In this document: positions 30,349 through 40,261 of the stretch, piece by piece | Layout of the letters: the number at the start of each line of letters is the position of its first letter | How positions within the stretch are numbered: the first letter of the stretch is position 1 | DNA from: Methylobacterium sp. | GTDB lineage: Bacteria > Pseudomonadota > Alphaproteobacteria > Rhizobiales > Beijerinckiaceae | NCBI RefSeq assembly: GCF_019745455.1 | Contig: NZ_JAIETD010000070.1 | Span: 5,517-69,516, forward strand | Reading direction: 5' to 3' | Length of the DNA stretch: 64,000 nucleotides | Program-made: the position numbers and the translations under genes | The notes under the pieces: generated by a model | What the model saw: only the letters and a program-made list of their open reading frames with translations | What the model was told of the DNA's origin: nothing | Databases searched by the model: none

Positions 30349-30438
30349 GTAAAAATTTTTGAATTCGCAGCGTTGAATACGATTTTCGATCGGCAGTAGC
30401 CGACCGTGCGGCAAAACCGACGCAGGTTATTTTTAGGA

Positions 30439-30463
30439 GGAACCTGGGTCGAGCTCTCCCGTT
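30439..30463 (+). promoter_or_regulatory. sigma-EcfG promoter
   Basis: GGAAC-N16-CGTT exact, upstream of the CsbD gene. Confidence 0.8.
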
Positions 30464-30530
30464 CTGGTTGCCGAAAGCGAACGGCCACGTTGCGTGGTGC
30501 AATGGCCCTCGCCGACGAATGGAGCATTCC

Positions 30531-30743
30531 GTGAGCAGCACGACCGACAAGATCAAGGGCCTCGCCAACGAGGCCGTGGGCAACATCAAGCAGGGCATCG
30601 GCTCCGCGACCGGCAACGACAAGCTGCAGGCCGAGGGCAAGGCGCAGGAGCTGAAGGGTGAAGCCCAGAAGACCGTCGGCGATGCCAAGGACGGCGTGAA
30701 GAATGCGGCCCAGAGCGCCGCGGACGCCGTGAAGAAGATCTGA
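30531..30743 (+). CDS. CsbD family general stress protein
   Basis: DKIKGLANEAVGNIKQGIG..TGNDKLQAEGKAQELKGEAQ. GTG start after GGAG. Confidence 0.92.
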   Translation: MSSTTDKIKGLANEAVGNIKQGIGSATGNDKLQAEGKAQELKGEAQKTVGDAKDGVKNAAQSAADAVKKI

Positions 30744-30762
30744 TCCTTCGCAGAACCTTTTG

Positions 30763-30791
30763 GCAGGGCGGTCCACCGCCCTGCTTCTCTT
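30763..30791 (+). terminator. Intrinsic terminator-like hairpin after the CsbD gene
   Basis: GCAGGGCGG-TCCA-CCGCCCTGC followed by TTCTCTT. Confidence 0.6.
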
Positions 30792-30810
30792 CCAGGGGCG
30801 GGGATCCGTC

Positions 30811-31177
30811 ATGGCAGAGACCACCTCGAAGGCGGAATCAAGCATCTCAAGGGCCGCGGCAGGACCGCACGTGTCGCCATCGCGGGCCGTCCGCGCCAGC
30901 AGGCCGAGGTTGCGTTCGAGCAGATCGCCGGTGCCGTCCAGTACGCTTACGGCGGAGCACGTGGTACCGCGCGCAGCCTGGAGCGTGACGGTATCCTTGC
31001 AGAAGAAGTCCTGGAGCGCGGCCGTAAGCTGATCGACGAGGTCAAGGAGCGTGGCAGCAATCTCAAGGTCGCGGCCGCGCGGTGTTCCGGACAGCGGGAG
31101 ACAGCACGGCGATCACCGTGATGCTCGTCGCCGCAGCGGCCTTCGGCGCCCGCTGGCTCCCGAGCCGGCCGCGATAA
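30811..31177 (+). pseudogene. Frameshifted CsbD-like/membrane-anchored stress protein
   Basis: ATG at 30811, then a shifted frame reading RDHLEGGIKHLKGRGRTA...FEQIAGAVQYAYGGAR...EEVLERGRKL, then a third frame ending in the TM tail VMLVAAAAFGARWLPSRPR*. Two frameshifts are required. Confidence 0.55.
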
Positions 31178-31284
31178 ACTTACCGGTCAGAGTCGAGGGC
31201 GCTCTCAGTGAGCTGAGGCCGCTTTTTTGCAGGACGGAACCGGATTATGGGCAGTCGGGCGGCCACAGCCCGGAGTGAAGTCGA

Positions 31285-32067
31285 ATGCCCATGCAGCGCT
31301 GGTCGTCCTTGACGACGAAGGACTTCGCCCGGCGAGACATGAGCCGCGCGATCGCGCTCTTGCCCGTGGCGGCCATCGAGCAGCACGGGCCGCATCTGCC
31401 CGTCTCCACCGACGTGACCATCGCCGAGGGATATCTGGCGCGCGTCGCCGCTCTGGTACCCGAAGAGCTCGACGTCCTCACCCTGCCGATCCAGGCAGTG
31501 GGGAAATCGGACGAGCATGACGGTTTCGTCGGCACGCTGACGCTGAGCACCGAGACCGCGCTCCGTGCCTGGATCGAGATCGGCTCCTGCGTTTACCGGG
31601 CCGGGTGCCGCAAGCTCGTCATCGTCACCTCGCATGGCGGCAACAGCGCCCTCATCGATCTCGTCGCCCTGGATTTACGCGGTCGCCACGGAATGGTTTC
31701 CGTCACCACGGCCTGGAGCCGCTTCGGCTACCCGGACGGCCTCTTTCCGGAAGCCGAAATCCGTCACGGCATTCATGCGGGCGGCATCGAGACGGCCCTG
31801 ATGCTCGCGCTCGCGCCCGACAGCGTACGCCGCGATGAAATCTCGGATTTCCCCTCGCGCTCCCTGGCGATGGAGCGCGATTACGTGCATCTGCGCGCCG
31901 GCCGACCGGCGGCCTTCGCCTGGAAGGCCGGCGATCTCAACCCCAATGGGGCAATCGGCGATGCGAGACTGGGCTCGGCGGAAGCCGGCGAGATCGCACT
32001 CGATCATGGGGCGCGTGCTTTCGTCGACCTCCTTCGGGATGTCGATCGCTTCGAACTCACGGCGTAA
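31285..32067 (+). CDS. Creatininase/amidohydrolase family protein
   Basis: PVAAIEQHGPHLP..TD, SDEH, HGGN and HAGGIET motifs. Confidence 0.92.
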   Translation: MPMQRWSSLTTKDFARRDMSRAIALLPVAAIEQHGPHLPVSTDVTIAEGYLARVAALVPEELDVLTLPIQAVGKSDEHDGFVGTLTLSTETALRAWIEIGSCVYRAGCRKLVIVTSHGGNSALIDLVALDLRGRHGMVSVTTAWSRFGYPDGLFPEAEIRHGIHAGGIETALMLALAPDSVRRDEISDFPSRSLAMERDYVHLRAGRPAAFAWKAGDLNPNGAIGDARLGSAEAGEIALDHGARAFVDLLRDVDRFELTA

Positions 32068-32089
32068 CCGCGGAACGGTGCTCGACGAA
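32064..32089 (+). promoter_or_regulatory. sigmaF/EcfF-type promoter of the DUF1223-ECF-NrsF operon
   Basis: GTAACC-N16-CGAA, matching the consensus recalled for Caulobacter sigmaF, 35 nt upstream of the operon encoding that sigma/anti-sigma type. Confidence 0.75.
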
Positions 32090-32124
32090 GACAGGGACAT
32101 ACTCCTCTGCCCTGGAGCCGTCCC

Positions 32125-32838
32125 GTGCGCCCTCCCCTCCTCGCTTGCCTTGGCCTGCCGTTCCTCGCCCTCGCGTTGCTGGCAGGCCCGACGGCCGCAG
32201 CCTCCCGGCCGGTGGTGGTCGAGCTGTTCACCTCGCAGAGCTGCTCGTCCTGCCCTCCGGCCGAAGCCCTGTTGAAGGAGCTCGCCGCCGAGCGCGCCGA
32301 CCTCCTCCCCCTCGCCTTCCACGTCACGTATTGGAATCATCTCGACTGGCGCGACACCGTCTCGCTGCCGGCCGCGACGGAGCGGCAGAAGGCCTATGCG
32401 GCGCAGTTCGGTGGCGACAGCGTCTTCACCCCCCAGGTGGTGGTGGATGGGCGCAGGAGCGTCGTCGGTTCGCGCCGCGATGCCGTCGGCAACGCCATCG
32501 TGGAGGCTCGCGGCGAGGCCCGCGAAGCAGCCACCCTCGACCTGACCCGTAACGGTGATGCCCTGGTCGTCAGGGTCGGGGCGGGAAGCGGCGCCGGACG
32601 CCTGCTGCTCGTCGGCTTCGACCACGAACACCGGACCAAGGTCGCGCGCGGCGAGAATGCAGGGCGCGAGATCACCCAGGCCAACGTCGTCCGTTCGATC
32701 CGCAGCGTCGGCGAATGGACGGGAACGGCAAAGTCATGGTCAGAGCCCGTGCCGCTCGGTGCCGACGCCGCACTCCTCCTCCAGGCCTCCGACGGGCGCA
32801 TCCTCGGAGCGGCGCGCCTTGCCAAGGCCGGGTCGTGA
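32125..32838 (+). CDS. DUF1223 thioredoxin-like secreted protein
   Basis: VVELFTSQSCSSCPPAE, HVTYWN, FTPQVVVDG and GENAGR motifs. Confidence 0.9.
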   Translation: MRPPLLACLGLPFLALALLAGPTAAASRPVVVELFTSQSCSSCPPAEALLKELAAERADLLPLAFHVTYWNHLDWRDTVSLPAATERQKAYAAQFGGDSVFTPQVVVDGRRSVVGSRRDAVGNAIVEARGEAREAATLDLTRNGDALVVRVGAGSGAGRLLLVGFDHEHRTKVARGENAGREITQANVVRSIRSVGEWTGTAKSWSEPVPLGADAALLLQASDGRILGAARLAKAGS

Positions 32839-32881
32839 CGGAAGCGGTGTCGCGGGCTCGGGCGTGAAGGAAGGTGGCAGG

Positions 32882-33544
32882 ATGAGCGCGTCCATGGCAT
32901 TCGGATTGCCCACCACCTCGCGTCAGACCCCAGGGTCGAACACGGGCGCGGGTCGGAGCGACAACAGGGCCGGAATGGCGCTTGACGAGACCTTGTCGGC
33001 CGCGATGGCCGCGGCCCAGGCCGGCGACGCACTGGCCTATCGCAAGCTCTTGCGGGATTGCCTGCCGGTGATCGCCGGCATGGCGCGAGCGCAGGGCGTT
33101 CGGCCGGAATCCGTCGACGACGTCGTGCAGGATACGCTGGTGACGATTCACAAGGCGCGGGCCACCTACGATCCCTCGCGACCTTTCCTTCCTTGGCTTC
33201 GCGCGATCACGCAGCGCCGGGCGATCGACGCCATGCGCCGAACGGGACGGCGGCCGCAGGAGGTCCACGACCCTTTGGCCTACGAAGCCCATGCGGATCT
33301 TGGCCCCTTACCGGGGACCAGCATCGAAACACGCGAGCGAGACGGAGCGCTTGCTCGCGCCGTGGCGGCGTTGTCGCCGGGTCAGCGCGAGGCGGTGGAG
33401 CATTTGGCTTTCAAGGAACGTTCGCTCGATGAGGCCGCCGCGATCACAGGTCGCAGCAAGGGGGCCCTCAAGGTGAACCTGCACCGCGCCCTCAAGGTGC
33501 TGCGCACGACGCTAGCGCGGGACAAAGGAGAGAGTGATGTCTGA
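32882..33544 (+). CDS. ECF RNA polymerase sigma factor (sigmaF/EcfF-like)
   Basis: AQAGDALAY, DVVQDTL, RPFLPWL and VKV-like region 4 (ALKVNLHRALK). Paired with NrsF. Start may be later (MALDET). Confidence 0.9.
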   Translation: MSASMAFGLPTTSRQTPGSNTGAGRSDNRAGMALDETLSAAMAAAQAGDALAYRKLLRDCLPVIAGMARAQGVRPESVDDVVQDTLVTIHKARATYDPSRPFLPWLRAITQRRAIDAMRRTGRRPQEVHDPLAYEAHADLGPLPGTSIETRERDGALARAVAALSPGQREAVEHLAFKERSLDEAAAITGRSKGALKVNLHRALKVLRTTLARDKGESDV

Positions 33545-34205
33545 GGCCGGGACACGGCCTGACCCGCCGAATCACGACGCGCTGGTGAATTCCCTGAGCG
33601 AGCGACTGTCACCGGTCCGGCGCCTCCCCGATCCATGGCTGAGGGGCCTCGGGTGGTTCAGCCTCGCCGTGCTGGCCGGTCTGGCGGCACTGCCCTTCGC
33701 GGACATGGCGAGCTTGCAGGTCCGCATGGCTGTCATGGACCTGCGTGTCGCGACATTCGGCGCGTTGCTGACGGCGCTGACCGCCGCCGTCGCTGCCTTC
33801 CAGACCAGCGTGCCAGGGCGTTCGGCTGCTTGGGCTTTTCTCCCGGCTGCCCCGGCTGCTCTCTGGCTTGGCGCCAGCGGCCTCGGCTGCCTGCGGCAAT
33901 GGACCGTTCCTGGCACGGATCTGGCTGACGGGGGAGAAATGGGCGGCTGTCTCGTCTTCCTGCTGACGGTCTCGACGCCGTTCTCGGTCGCGCTCGTACT
34001 GATGCTGAGGCGAGCGTGTCCGCTTCGACCGAACCTGACGGCGGCCTTAGGCGGATTAGCGGCGGCCGCAGCCGCCGCCGTGCTTCTCGTACCCTTCCAT
34101 CCTCACGACGCGACGGTGACGGATCTCCTAGCCCATCTTGTCGTCATCGGCCTCATCATCTGGGCCAACTCGGTGGCCGGCGGGCGTCTGCTCGCCGGCC
34201 GATGA
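33537..34205 (+). CDS. nrsF: NrsF/DUF1109 membrane anti-sigma factor
   Basis: LSPVRRL N-terminus, multiple TM helices, conserved Cys in GCL and RACPLRP, overlapping the sigma gene stop. Confidence 0.85.
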   Translation: MSEAGTRPDPPNHDALVNSLSERLSPVRRLPDPWLRGLGWFSLAVLAGLAALPFADMASLQVRMAVMDLRVATFGALLTALTAAVAAFQTSVPGRSAAWAFLPAAPAALWLGASGLGCLRQWTVPGTDLADGGEMGGCLVFLLTVSTPFSVALVLMLRRACPLRPNLTAALGGLAAAAAAAVLLVPFHPHDATVTDLLAHLVVIGLIIWANSVAGGRLLAGR

Positions 34206-34212
34206 AGACGCC

Positions 34213-34719
34213 TCAGGCGGCGGCGCGACCGTTGACGCTGCTCTCGGCGAGCTTCGTCAGGATGGTGTCGGTGGTCCGCTCCTCGTCGAGCGTCTGCTGC
34301 AGGTGGCTGACCACGTTATGGTGGCCGAGCTGCTTGGCGAAAGCGATGATCGTCCCGTAGCGGGTGATCTCATAATGCTCGACGGCCTGGGCTCCGGCGA
34401 TCAGGGCGGCGTCCAGCACCTCCGGATCCTCAACATCGCCCATGATCTCCTTGGTCTCGCTGATGATGCCGTCGATGGCGGCGCAATCGACGCCCTTCGC
34501 CGGCTTGCCGAGCAGGGAGAAGACCTGATCGAGCCGCTTGATCTGATTCTCGGTCTCGCCGAGATGCCGGGTGAAGCCCTGCTTGAGTTGCGGGCTCGTC
34601 GCCTTGTCGATCATCTTCGGCAAGGCCTTGGTGATCTGCTGCTCGGCGTAATAGATGTCCTGCAGCATATGCATGAACAGATCGTCGAGCGTCTTGATCG
34701 GCTTCGAGAAGAGACCCAT
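34213..34719 (-). CDS. Ferritin-like DUF892 (YciE/YciF) stress protein
   Basis: LQDIYYAEQQI, HLGETENQ, DAALI and QAVEHYEITRYGT. Confidence 0.92.
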   Translation of the reverse strand: MGLFSKPIKTLDDLFMHMLQDIYYAEQQITKALPKMIDKATSPQLKQGFTRHLGETENQIKRLDQVFSLLGKPAKGVDCAAIDGIISETKEIMGDVEDPEVLDAALIAGAQAVEHYEITRYGTIIAFAKQLGHHNVVSHLQQTLDEERTTDTILTKLAESSVNGRAAA

Positions 34720-34788
34720 GGATAGTATCCTCGTATGCTTGAGCTTGATCGACCGGCATTCAGAGCCGGGCCGGATCTTGTCCAGAGC

Positions 34789-34813
34789 AACGAGGCGGGG
34801 TTTGGCGGGTTCC
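34789..34813 (-). promoter_or_regulatory. sigma-EcfG promoter
   Basis: AACG-N16-GTTCC on plus = exact GGAAC-N16-CGTT upstream of the DUF892 gene. Confidence 0.8.
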
Positions 34814-34844
34814 TTATCAACGTCGATTAATAACTTGTGTTATT

Positions 34845-35387
34845 CTAATCGCCGAAATCCTCAGTGTCCGGAGTTCGGCTCGGCCAAGTCACGATGCGAT
34901 CGAGGAGCTCGTCAGTGCTGAACTCCTCTTCATTGCCCGACATGCGCCCGCGCACCGAGATGCCGGCTTCGTGCACGCTGTCGCGGCGGCCCGACACCAG
35001 AGGATGCCAATCATACAGGTCGCGGCCGTCGCGGAGCAGTTGATAGGCGCACGTCCGGGGCAACCAGGGGATGGTCCGAACCGCCTCGGGGGTGAGCCGC
35101 ACGCAGTCGGGCACCCGCTTCTGCCGGTTCTTGTAATCGCGGCAGCGGCAGCCGTGGCCGTCCAGCAGGGTACAGCCGACGTCGGTCGGATAGACCTCGC
35201 CCGTCTCGTCGTCCTCGAGCTTCAGGAGGCAGCAGCGGCCGCAGCCGTCGCACAGGCTCTCCCATTCCTGCGGGGACATCTCCTCGAGGCTCTTACGCTT
35301 CCAGAACGGCACAGCCTCGTCGCGCGGCGAGGGCGCATCGCGGTCTGGAGCAGGCGGGGCGGCGCGGAACGCCGAGCGGATGCGCAT
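34845..35387 (-). CDS. YcgN family (UPF0260) cysteine-cluster protein
   Basis: [30 protein letters not shown] and WLPRTCAY. Confidence 0.92.
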   Translation of the reverse strand: MRIRSAFRAAPPAPDRDAPSPRDEAVPFWKRKSLEEMSPQEWESLCDGCGRCCLLKLEDDETGEVYPTDVGCTLLDGHGCRCRDYKNRQKRVPDCVRLTPEAVRTIPWLPRTCAYQLLRDGRDLYDWHPLVSGRRDSVHEAGISVRGRMSGNEEEFSTDELLDRIVTWPSRTPDTEDFGD

Positions 35388-35531
35388 CGGGGCGCCTTGC
35401 GTCGGTCAGAGGAAGCTGGGAACGATGTTCCGACCTCCTGCCGCAAGGCGAGGCCGCGGGCAAGCGCCACGGACGGATCAGCGGCCCGACAGCTGCCTTC
35501 ATCTTCGGCGCGCCGCAATCGCGTATCAATG

Positions 35532-35546
35532 TTAATGAGAAGTTAC
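35532..35546 (+). promoter_or_regulatory. CtrA-box-like site upstream of PBP1A
   Basis: TTAA-N7-TTAC, one mismatch to TTAA-N7-TTAA. Confidence 0.35.
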
Positions 35547-35672
35547 TGCCGCGGAGCCTGAGGCCGGGGCTGCGCCGGAGGCGTTATTGCGGCAGTAAAC
35601 GAGACCGGTACGGATCGTCCTTCGATCCGGCTATGATTCGACAGGGGCCCCGCGGGGCCGAAGGACGGTGCC

Positions 35673-37910
35673 GTGCGCCTGCCACGAGTGAACGCTCTGC
35701 TGACCCGGATCAAGCGAGGCGCCCTCGCCTTCGACGCATGGGTGAATGCCAGTCTCTACGAGGGAGGCCGCTCGGCGGGCGAAGGCTACGAGACCTTCTC
35801 GAAACGCATGGGCATGTTCGCCGCTAAAGGCTGGAAGCGCGGAGCGCTCGATCTGACGAGCGAAGCCATGACCCTCGGCACCGGCGGGGCGATCGTGATG
35901 CTGGCGCTGGCGCAACCCGCCTTCAATCTGACCAGCGAGAACTGGCTCAAGACCCAGGATCTCGCGGTGACCTTCCTCGACCGCTACGGCACCGAAGTCG
36001 GCCGCCGCGGCATCAAGCACGACGACTCGCTCAAGCTCGATGAATTCCCCGACATCATGATCAAGGCGTTGGTCGCGACCGAGGACCGGCGATTCTACGA
36101 GCATTGGGGCATCGACCCGATCGGCACCGCGCGTGCCCTCGTCTCCAATTCACGCGGCAACGGCTCGACGCAGGGCGGCTCCTCGATCACGCAGCAGCTC
36201 GCCAAGAACCTGTTCCTCTCGAACGAACGTTCGCTGGAGCGCAAGATCAACGAGGCGTTCCTGGCCCTGTGGCTGGAGATGCACCTCACCAAGAACGAGA
36301 TCCTCAAGCTCTATCTCGACCGCGCCTACATGGGCGGCGGCACCTTCGGCGCCGTGGCGGCGGCGGATTACTATTTCGGCAAGCCTCTCAAGGACATCAG
36401 CCTCGCGGAGGGAGCGATGCTGGCGGGCCTGTTCAAGGCGCCGACGAAATATGCCCCGCACGTGAACCTGCCCGCCGCCCGCTCGCGCGCGGTCGACGTG
36501 CTCCACAACATGGTCGAGGCCGGATTCCTCACCGAGGGACAGATCCAGAGCGCCCTGCGCAACCCGGCGACGCCGGTGACCCGTACCCGCGACATCACGG
36601 CCGACTACTACCTCGACTGGGCCTTCGGCGAGATCAAGGGCCTCGCCGATGCGGGCAAGCTGCGCAACGACCGCGTGCTCATGGTGAAGACCCCCCTCGA
36701 CCTCTCGATCCAGAAGCGGGCCGACGAGGCGGTGGCGAACACGCTGCGCAAGTACGGCGACCAGTACGAGGTCGAGGAGGCCGCGATGGTCATCCTCGAT
36801 CCAGACGGCGCCCTGCGGGCCATGGTCGGAGGCTCGGATTACGGCCAGAGCCAGTTCAACCGGGCCACCGACGCCCTTCGCCAACCGGGTTCGTCGTTCA
36901 AGCCTTACGTTTACGCGGCCGGTCTCGCCGCCGGCCTCTACCGGCCCGATACCAAGGTGGTCGATACGCCGATCTGCATCGGCAACTGGTGCCCGCAGAA
37001 TTACGGCCGCTCCTTCTCCGGCGCGACGAACCTCACCGTCGCCGTCGCCAAGTCGATCAACACGATTCCGATCCAGATCTCGATCGCCCTCGGCAGGGCC
37101 ATGGGGATCAGCCATCAGGCCAACGCCGCCAAGGCCGGCCGCGCCAAGATCATCGACCTTTCCCACCGCCTCGGCATCACGACGCCGTTGACGGACACGG
37201 TCTCGCTGCCGATCGGCTCGGCGGAGGTCAACGTGATCGACCAGGCGGCCGCCTATGCGGTCTTCGCCAATGGCGGCCGCAAGGCAAAGCCCTATGCCGC
37301 CATGGAGGTGAGGAACTCGAGCGGGGACGTCATCTACCGCCACGCCGACGAGAAGCCCGAGCAGATCCTGTCGACACAGGTCGTCGCCGATATGAATTTC
37401 ATGCTCAACAAGGTGGTCGAGGAGGGTACCGGCAAGCGTGCACAACTCGACGGCATCAAGGTCGCGGGGAAATCGGGCACGACCAACGCCTACAAGGATG
37501 CCTGGTTCGTGGCCTATACCGGCAACCTCGTCGGCGCCGTCTGGTTCGGAAACGACGATTCCACCTCCACGAACAAGATGACGGGCGGCTCGCTTCCCGC
37601 CATGACCTGGCACGACGTGATGGAGAGCGCCCACCAGGGCATCGAGCTTAGGCCCCTGCCGGGCCTCAAGGAGCCCGGCCGCCCTGCGCCGCAGGCGAGC
37701 CGCGACGCCCCCGCGCCCGTCAATGCCGCGGCCAGCGCAGCCGGCAAGCTTTCGCGCCGCTCCTTCGAGGTCATCGGTGGTCTCGGCGGCCTGTTCAAGG
37801 ACGTCGAGGCCAAGCCCGCACCGCGCGCAGGATTCGAAACCGTCCCGACACCGGCCGGGGCTGTGGCGGAGGGAACGCGCAGTGCCGGCGGGCGCATCGG
37901 CATGCCGTGA
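35673..37910 (+). CDS. Class A penicillin-binding protein (PBP1A family transglycosylase/transpeptidase)
   Basis: EDRRFYEH, GGSSITQQLAKN, RKINE, RQPGSSFKP and GKSGT motifs. Confidence 0.95.
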   Translation: MRLPRVNALLTRIKRGALAFDAWVNASLYEGGRSAGEGYETFSKRMGMFAAKGWKRGALDLTSEAMTLGTGGAIVMLALAQPAFNLTSENWLKTQDLAVTFLDRYGTEVGRRGIKHDDSLKLDEFPDIMIKALVATEDRRFYEHWGIDPIGTARALVSNSRGNGSTQGGSSITQQLAKNLFLSNERSLERKINEAFLALWLEMHLTKNEILKLYLDRAYMGGGTFGAVAAADYYFGKPLKDISLAEGAMLAGLFKAPTKYAPHVNLPAARSRAVDVLHNMVEAGFLTEGQIQSALRNPATPVTRTRDITADYYLDWAFGEIKGLADAGKLRNDRVLMVKTPLDLSIQKRADEAVANTLRKYGDQYEVEEAAMVILDPDGALRAMVGGSDYGQSQFNRATDALRQPGSSFKPYVYAAGLAAGLYRPDTKVVDTPICIGNWCPQNYGRSFSGATNLTVAVAKSINTIPIQISIALGRAMGISHQANAAKAGRAKIIDLSHRLGITTPLTDTVSLPIGSAEVNVIDQAAAYAVFANGGRKAKPYAAMEVRNSSGDVIYRHADEKPEQILSTQVVADMNFMLNKVVEEGTGKRAQLDGIKVAGKSGTTNAYKDAWFVAYTGNLVGAVWFGNDDSTSTNKMTGGSLPAMTWHDVMESAHQGIELRPLPGLKEPGRPAPQASRDAPAPVNAAASAAGKLSRRSFEVIGGLGGLFKDVEAKPAPRAGFETVPTPAGAVAEGTRSAGGRIGMP

Positions 37911-38049
37911 GGGTGCAGGTCCTCTCCTCCGAGCCCAAACTCCTGCCCGAATTCGTCGCCAAACCCCGACCTGCGGCGTCGCATCAGGCTGCAGCCCGAC
38001 CGTCTTGAGGAAAGTGCGTTTCGTGACGACACCGGCTGACACGACGCGG

Positions 38050-38718
38050 ATGCCGGCCCTGCCCCGCGATGGCGCAGGCATCCGCCGCCTCGGCGGTGTC
38101 GCGCGTGACCGCGCCAGGGCCACCCTGCGCAGCGCCTCGGACATCAGCCTCGTCGTCTACGCCCTCGTTCTCGGCGGCGGCCTCGGCCTCGCCAGCGCCG
38201 ATTACGCCACGAGCGGCGGCTACCCCTTCGGCGGGGTCACCGTCGGCCCCTGGACGGCCTGGCCGAGGGCCGGTGCGGTGGGCGCCGATCCCTATACCCG
38301 GGCGGTCAACGCGAGGCGCGGCGAGATTCCCCTCGGCGTCGGCGAGGGCCTGCTCATCACGGCGGCGCAGGACGACGAGGGCCGCGTCCTCGATGCCGGC
38401 TGCACGTACTCGGTGGCCGGCGTCACGCCGCCTGCTCGGGCCTGGACCTTGACGGTCGCCGGACGGGGCGCCCGGCCGAACGGCGCCTCGTCTCTGCGCG
38501 AGGCCTTCACCTCGACCGAGATCCTGCGCGAGGCCGACGGCACCTTCGTCATCACGCTGGCGCCGCAGGCGCAGCCGGGAAACTGGATGCCGATGCCTCG
38601 CCCGAGCGGCCCGGTCCGCCTCGCCTTGCGCCTCTACGACACCCCCGTCGCGGCAAGCGCCGGGACCCTCGACCGCAGCGCGCTGCCGGCGATCCGCCGC
38701 AACGGGTGCCGCACATGA
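38050..38718 (+). CDS. DUF1214 domain protein
   Basis: GPWTAWP, ADPYTRA, AWTLTV, PGNWMP and LALRLY. Start uncertain. Confidence 0.8.
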   Translation: MPALPRDGAGIRRLGGVARDRARATLRSASDISLVVYALVLGGGLGLASADYATSGGYPFGGVTVGPWTAWPRAGAVGADPYTRAVNARRGEIPLGVGEGLLITAAQDDEGRVLDAGCTYSVAGVTPPARAWTLTVAGRGARPNGASSLREAFTSTEILREADGTFVITLAPQAQPGNWMPMPRPSGPVRLALRLYDTPVAASAGTLDRSALPAIRRNGCRT

Positions 38719-39314
38719 CGCCGCGCGGACGCGTTCTCCTCGCCACCGTCTGTGGCCTCGTCATCGCCGGCCTCGTGCATATCGCGGCCGTCCTGCTGAT
38801 CCCGAGGGTGTCCGAAACCGATGCTCTGGCGCGTGCCCGGACCGCCGAGAGCCTCGACCATGCAATGCGGATCCACACCCTGGCCACCGGCGATACGCCG
38901 CCGGCGGCCGAAGCCTGGCTGCCTGTTCCAGATCCGGCCGTGGCCGTCGGCCTGTGTGCCTACGACCTCTCGGAGGGCCCGTTGCGGGTCGCGGCGCGCA
39001 CCGGTCCTCTGATGATGTCGATGGCCGTCCACGGCCGCCGGGGCGCGTTCTACGCGGTCACCGATCAGGCCGCCCTGCGCGGGTCCCTCGATCTCGTTGT
39101 GTTGACCCGGCGGCAGTTCGACGAGGCCCTCGCGAACGAGGACGAGAACGAGGTCAGCCGCGACGTCCGCATCGTCGCGACGGATCGACAGGGTTTCGTC
39201 GTCGTACGGGTGATCGCGGAACTGCCGAGCCAGCGCGCTGCCGCCAACGAGGCGGTACAGGCGGTGTCGTGCACCGTGGATACCGGCAGCGAAGAGACGA
39301 AGCCCGGCGGCTGA
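38715..39314 (+). CDS. DUF1254-like domain protein
   Basis: IAGLVHIAAVLLIP, DPAVAVGLCAYDLSEGP. Typical partner downstream of DUF1214. Confidence 0.75.
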   Translation: MTPRGRVLLATVCGLVIAGLVHIAAVLLIPRVSETDALARARTAESLDHAMRIHTLATGDTPPAAEAWLPVPDPAVAVGLCAYDLSEGPLRVAARTGPLMMSMAVHGRRGAFYAVTDQAALRGSLDLVVLTRRQFDEALANEDENEVSRDVRIVATDRQGFVVVRVIAELPSQRAAANEAVQAVSCTVDTGSEETKPGG

Positions 39315-39358
39315 GCGCCGTCCGGTGCTTCAGCAGTCCTGTTCACTCGTCTTGTGCT

Positions 39359-40189
39359 TCAGTACTTGCGCATCAACGGCGCGACAGGACGTATGGCCGA
39401 CGCTCCGCCGAGGGCTGCCTCGGGCCGCTCCGTCGGAAAAAGGCCGCAACGTGCCTCGGCGTCGCGGGGCAGCAGCGGATCGAGCAGGGCGCGGCGGCCA
39501 TCGAGGAAGCCGAGGCTGCGTTCCGCCGACACCGCTTCGGCCGCTTCCGGCACTTCCGCCACGAGATGCTCGAGGGCGTAGCGGTAGCGTGAGACGCGCA
39601 GGCCCGCCTCCAACCTGACCCAGGCGACGAGACAGCGGTTCTCGGCGACGCGCATCGCCGCCTGGCGAACGTCATCGTCGTTCAGGGTCTTGGCCGAGGG
39701 CAGGCCGCGAAGGCGCAAGGCGTCCGCGTCGCGCACGCGCAATGCCGTCGCCGCGAAGGACGGGATCAAGCGGGCATCGGCACTCGCATCCTCGCCGAGC
39801 TGTCGATAGCGGGACACCGGGGAGCGAAAGGGGCCGCCGACGAGTCCGCGATGGTAGGCCTCGGGATCGTCGGATCGCCAGTCCGGCGGAAGGACGCGGC
39901 TGCGGGTGAGGTTCGCCAGGACGCCGGTGAAGACGTCGTATCCGGCCGCCGGCATCAGGAACCGGAAGGCGCGGTCACGAAGAACCCGCTCGTCGTCGGT
40001 AAGGGCGAAGTCGGAAGAGGGCTCTTCGCGCGCGCTGGCCGCGAGCGAGCCGGTGGTGTCGACGAGCCTGTTCCACGCGCTCGGAGCGGCGCGGCCGAAA
40101 TCGCCTTCCTGAACGCAGCCGACAAGGATCAGAGATGGCGTGATGGCCGCGATCCGCCGGAGACGGCCTAAGGAACGGGCGGGCGGCAT
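39359..40189 (-). CDS. Hypothetical lipoprotein
   Basis: Lipobox LVGC followed by EGDFGR, coding-like composition. Confidence 0.7.
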   Translation of the reverse strand: MPPARSLGRLRRIAAITPSLILVGCVQEGDFGRAAPSAWNRLVDTTGSLAASAREEPSSDFALTDDERVLRDRAFRFLMPAAGYDVFTGVLANLTRSRVLPPDWRSDDPEAYHRGLVGGPFRSPVSRYRQLGEDASADARLIPSFAATALRVRDADALRLRGLPSAKTLNDDDVRQAAMRVAENRCLVAWVRLEAGLRVSRYRYALEHLVAEVPEAAEAVSAERSLGFLDGRRALLDPLLPRDAEARCGLFPTERPEAALGGASAIRPVAPLMRKY

Positions 40190-40261
40190 GGGATCCTCGT
40201 TGGCGCCGAGCGGCGCCAGAGCGTTCTGGAAGGAAAGGAATGTGTCGGATCCGGCCCGCGA

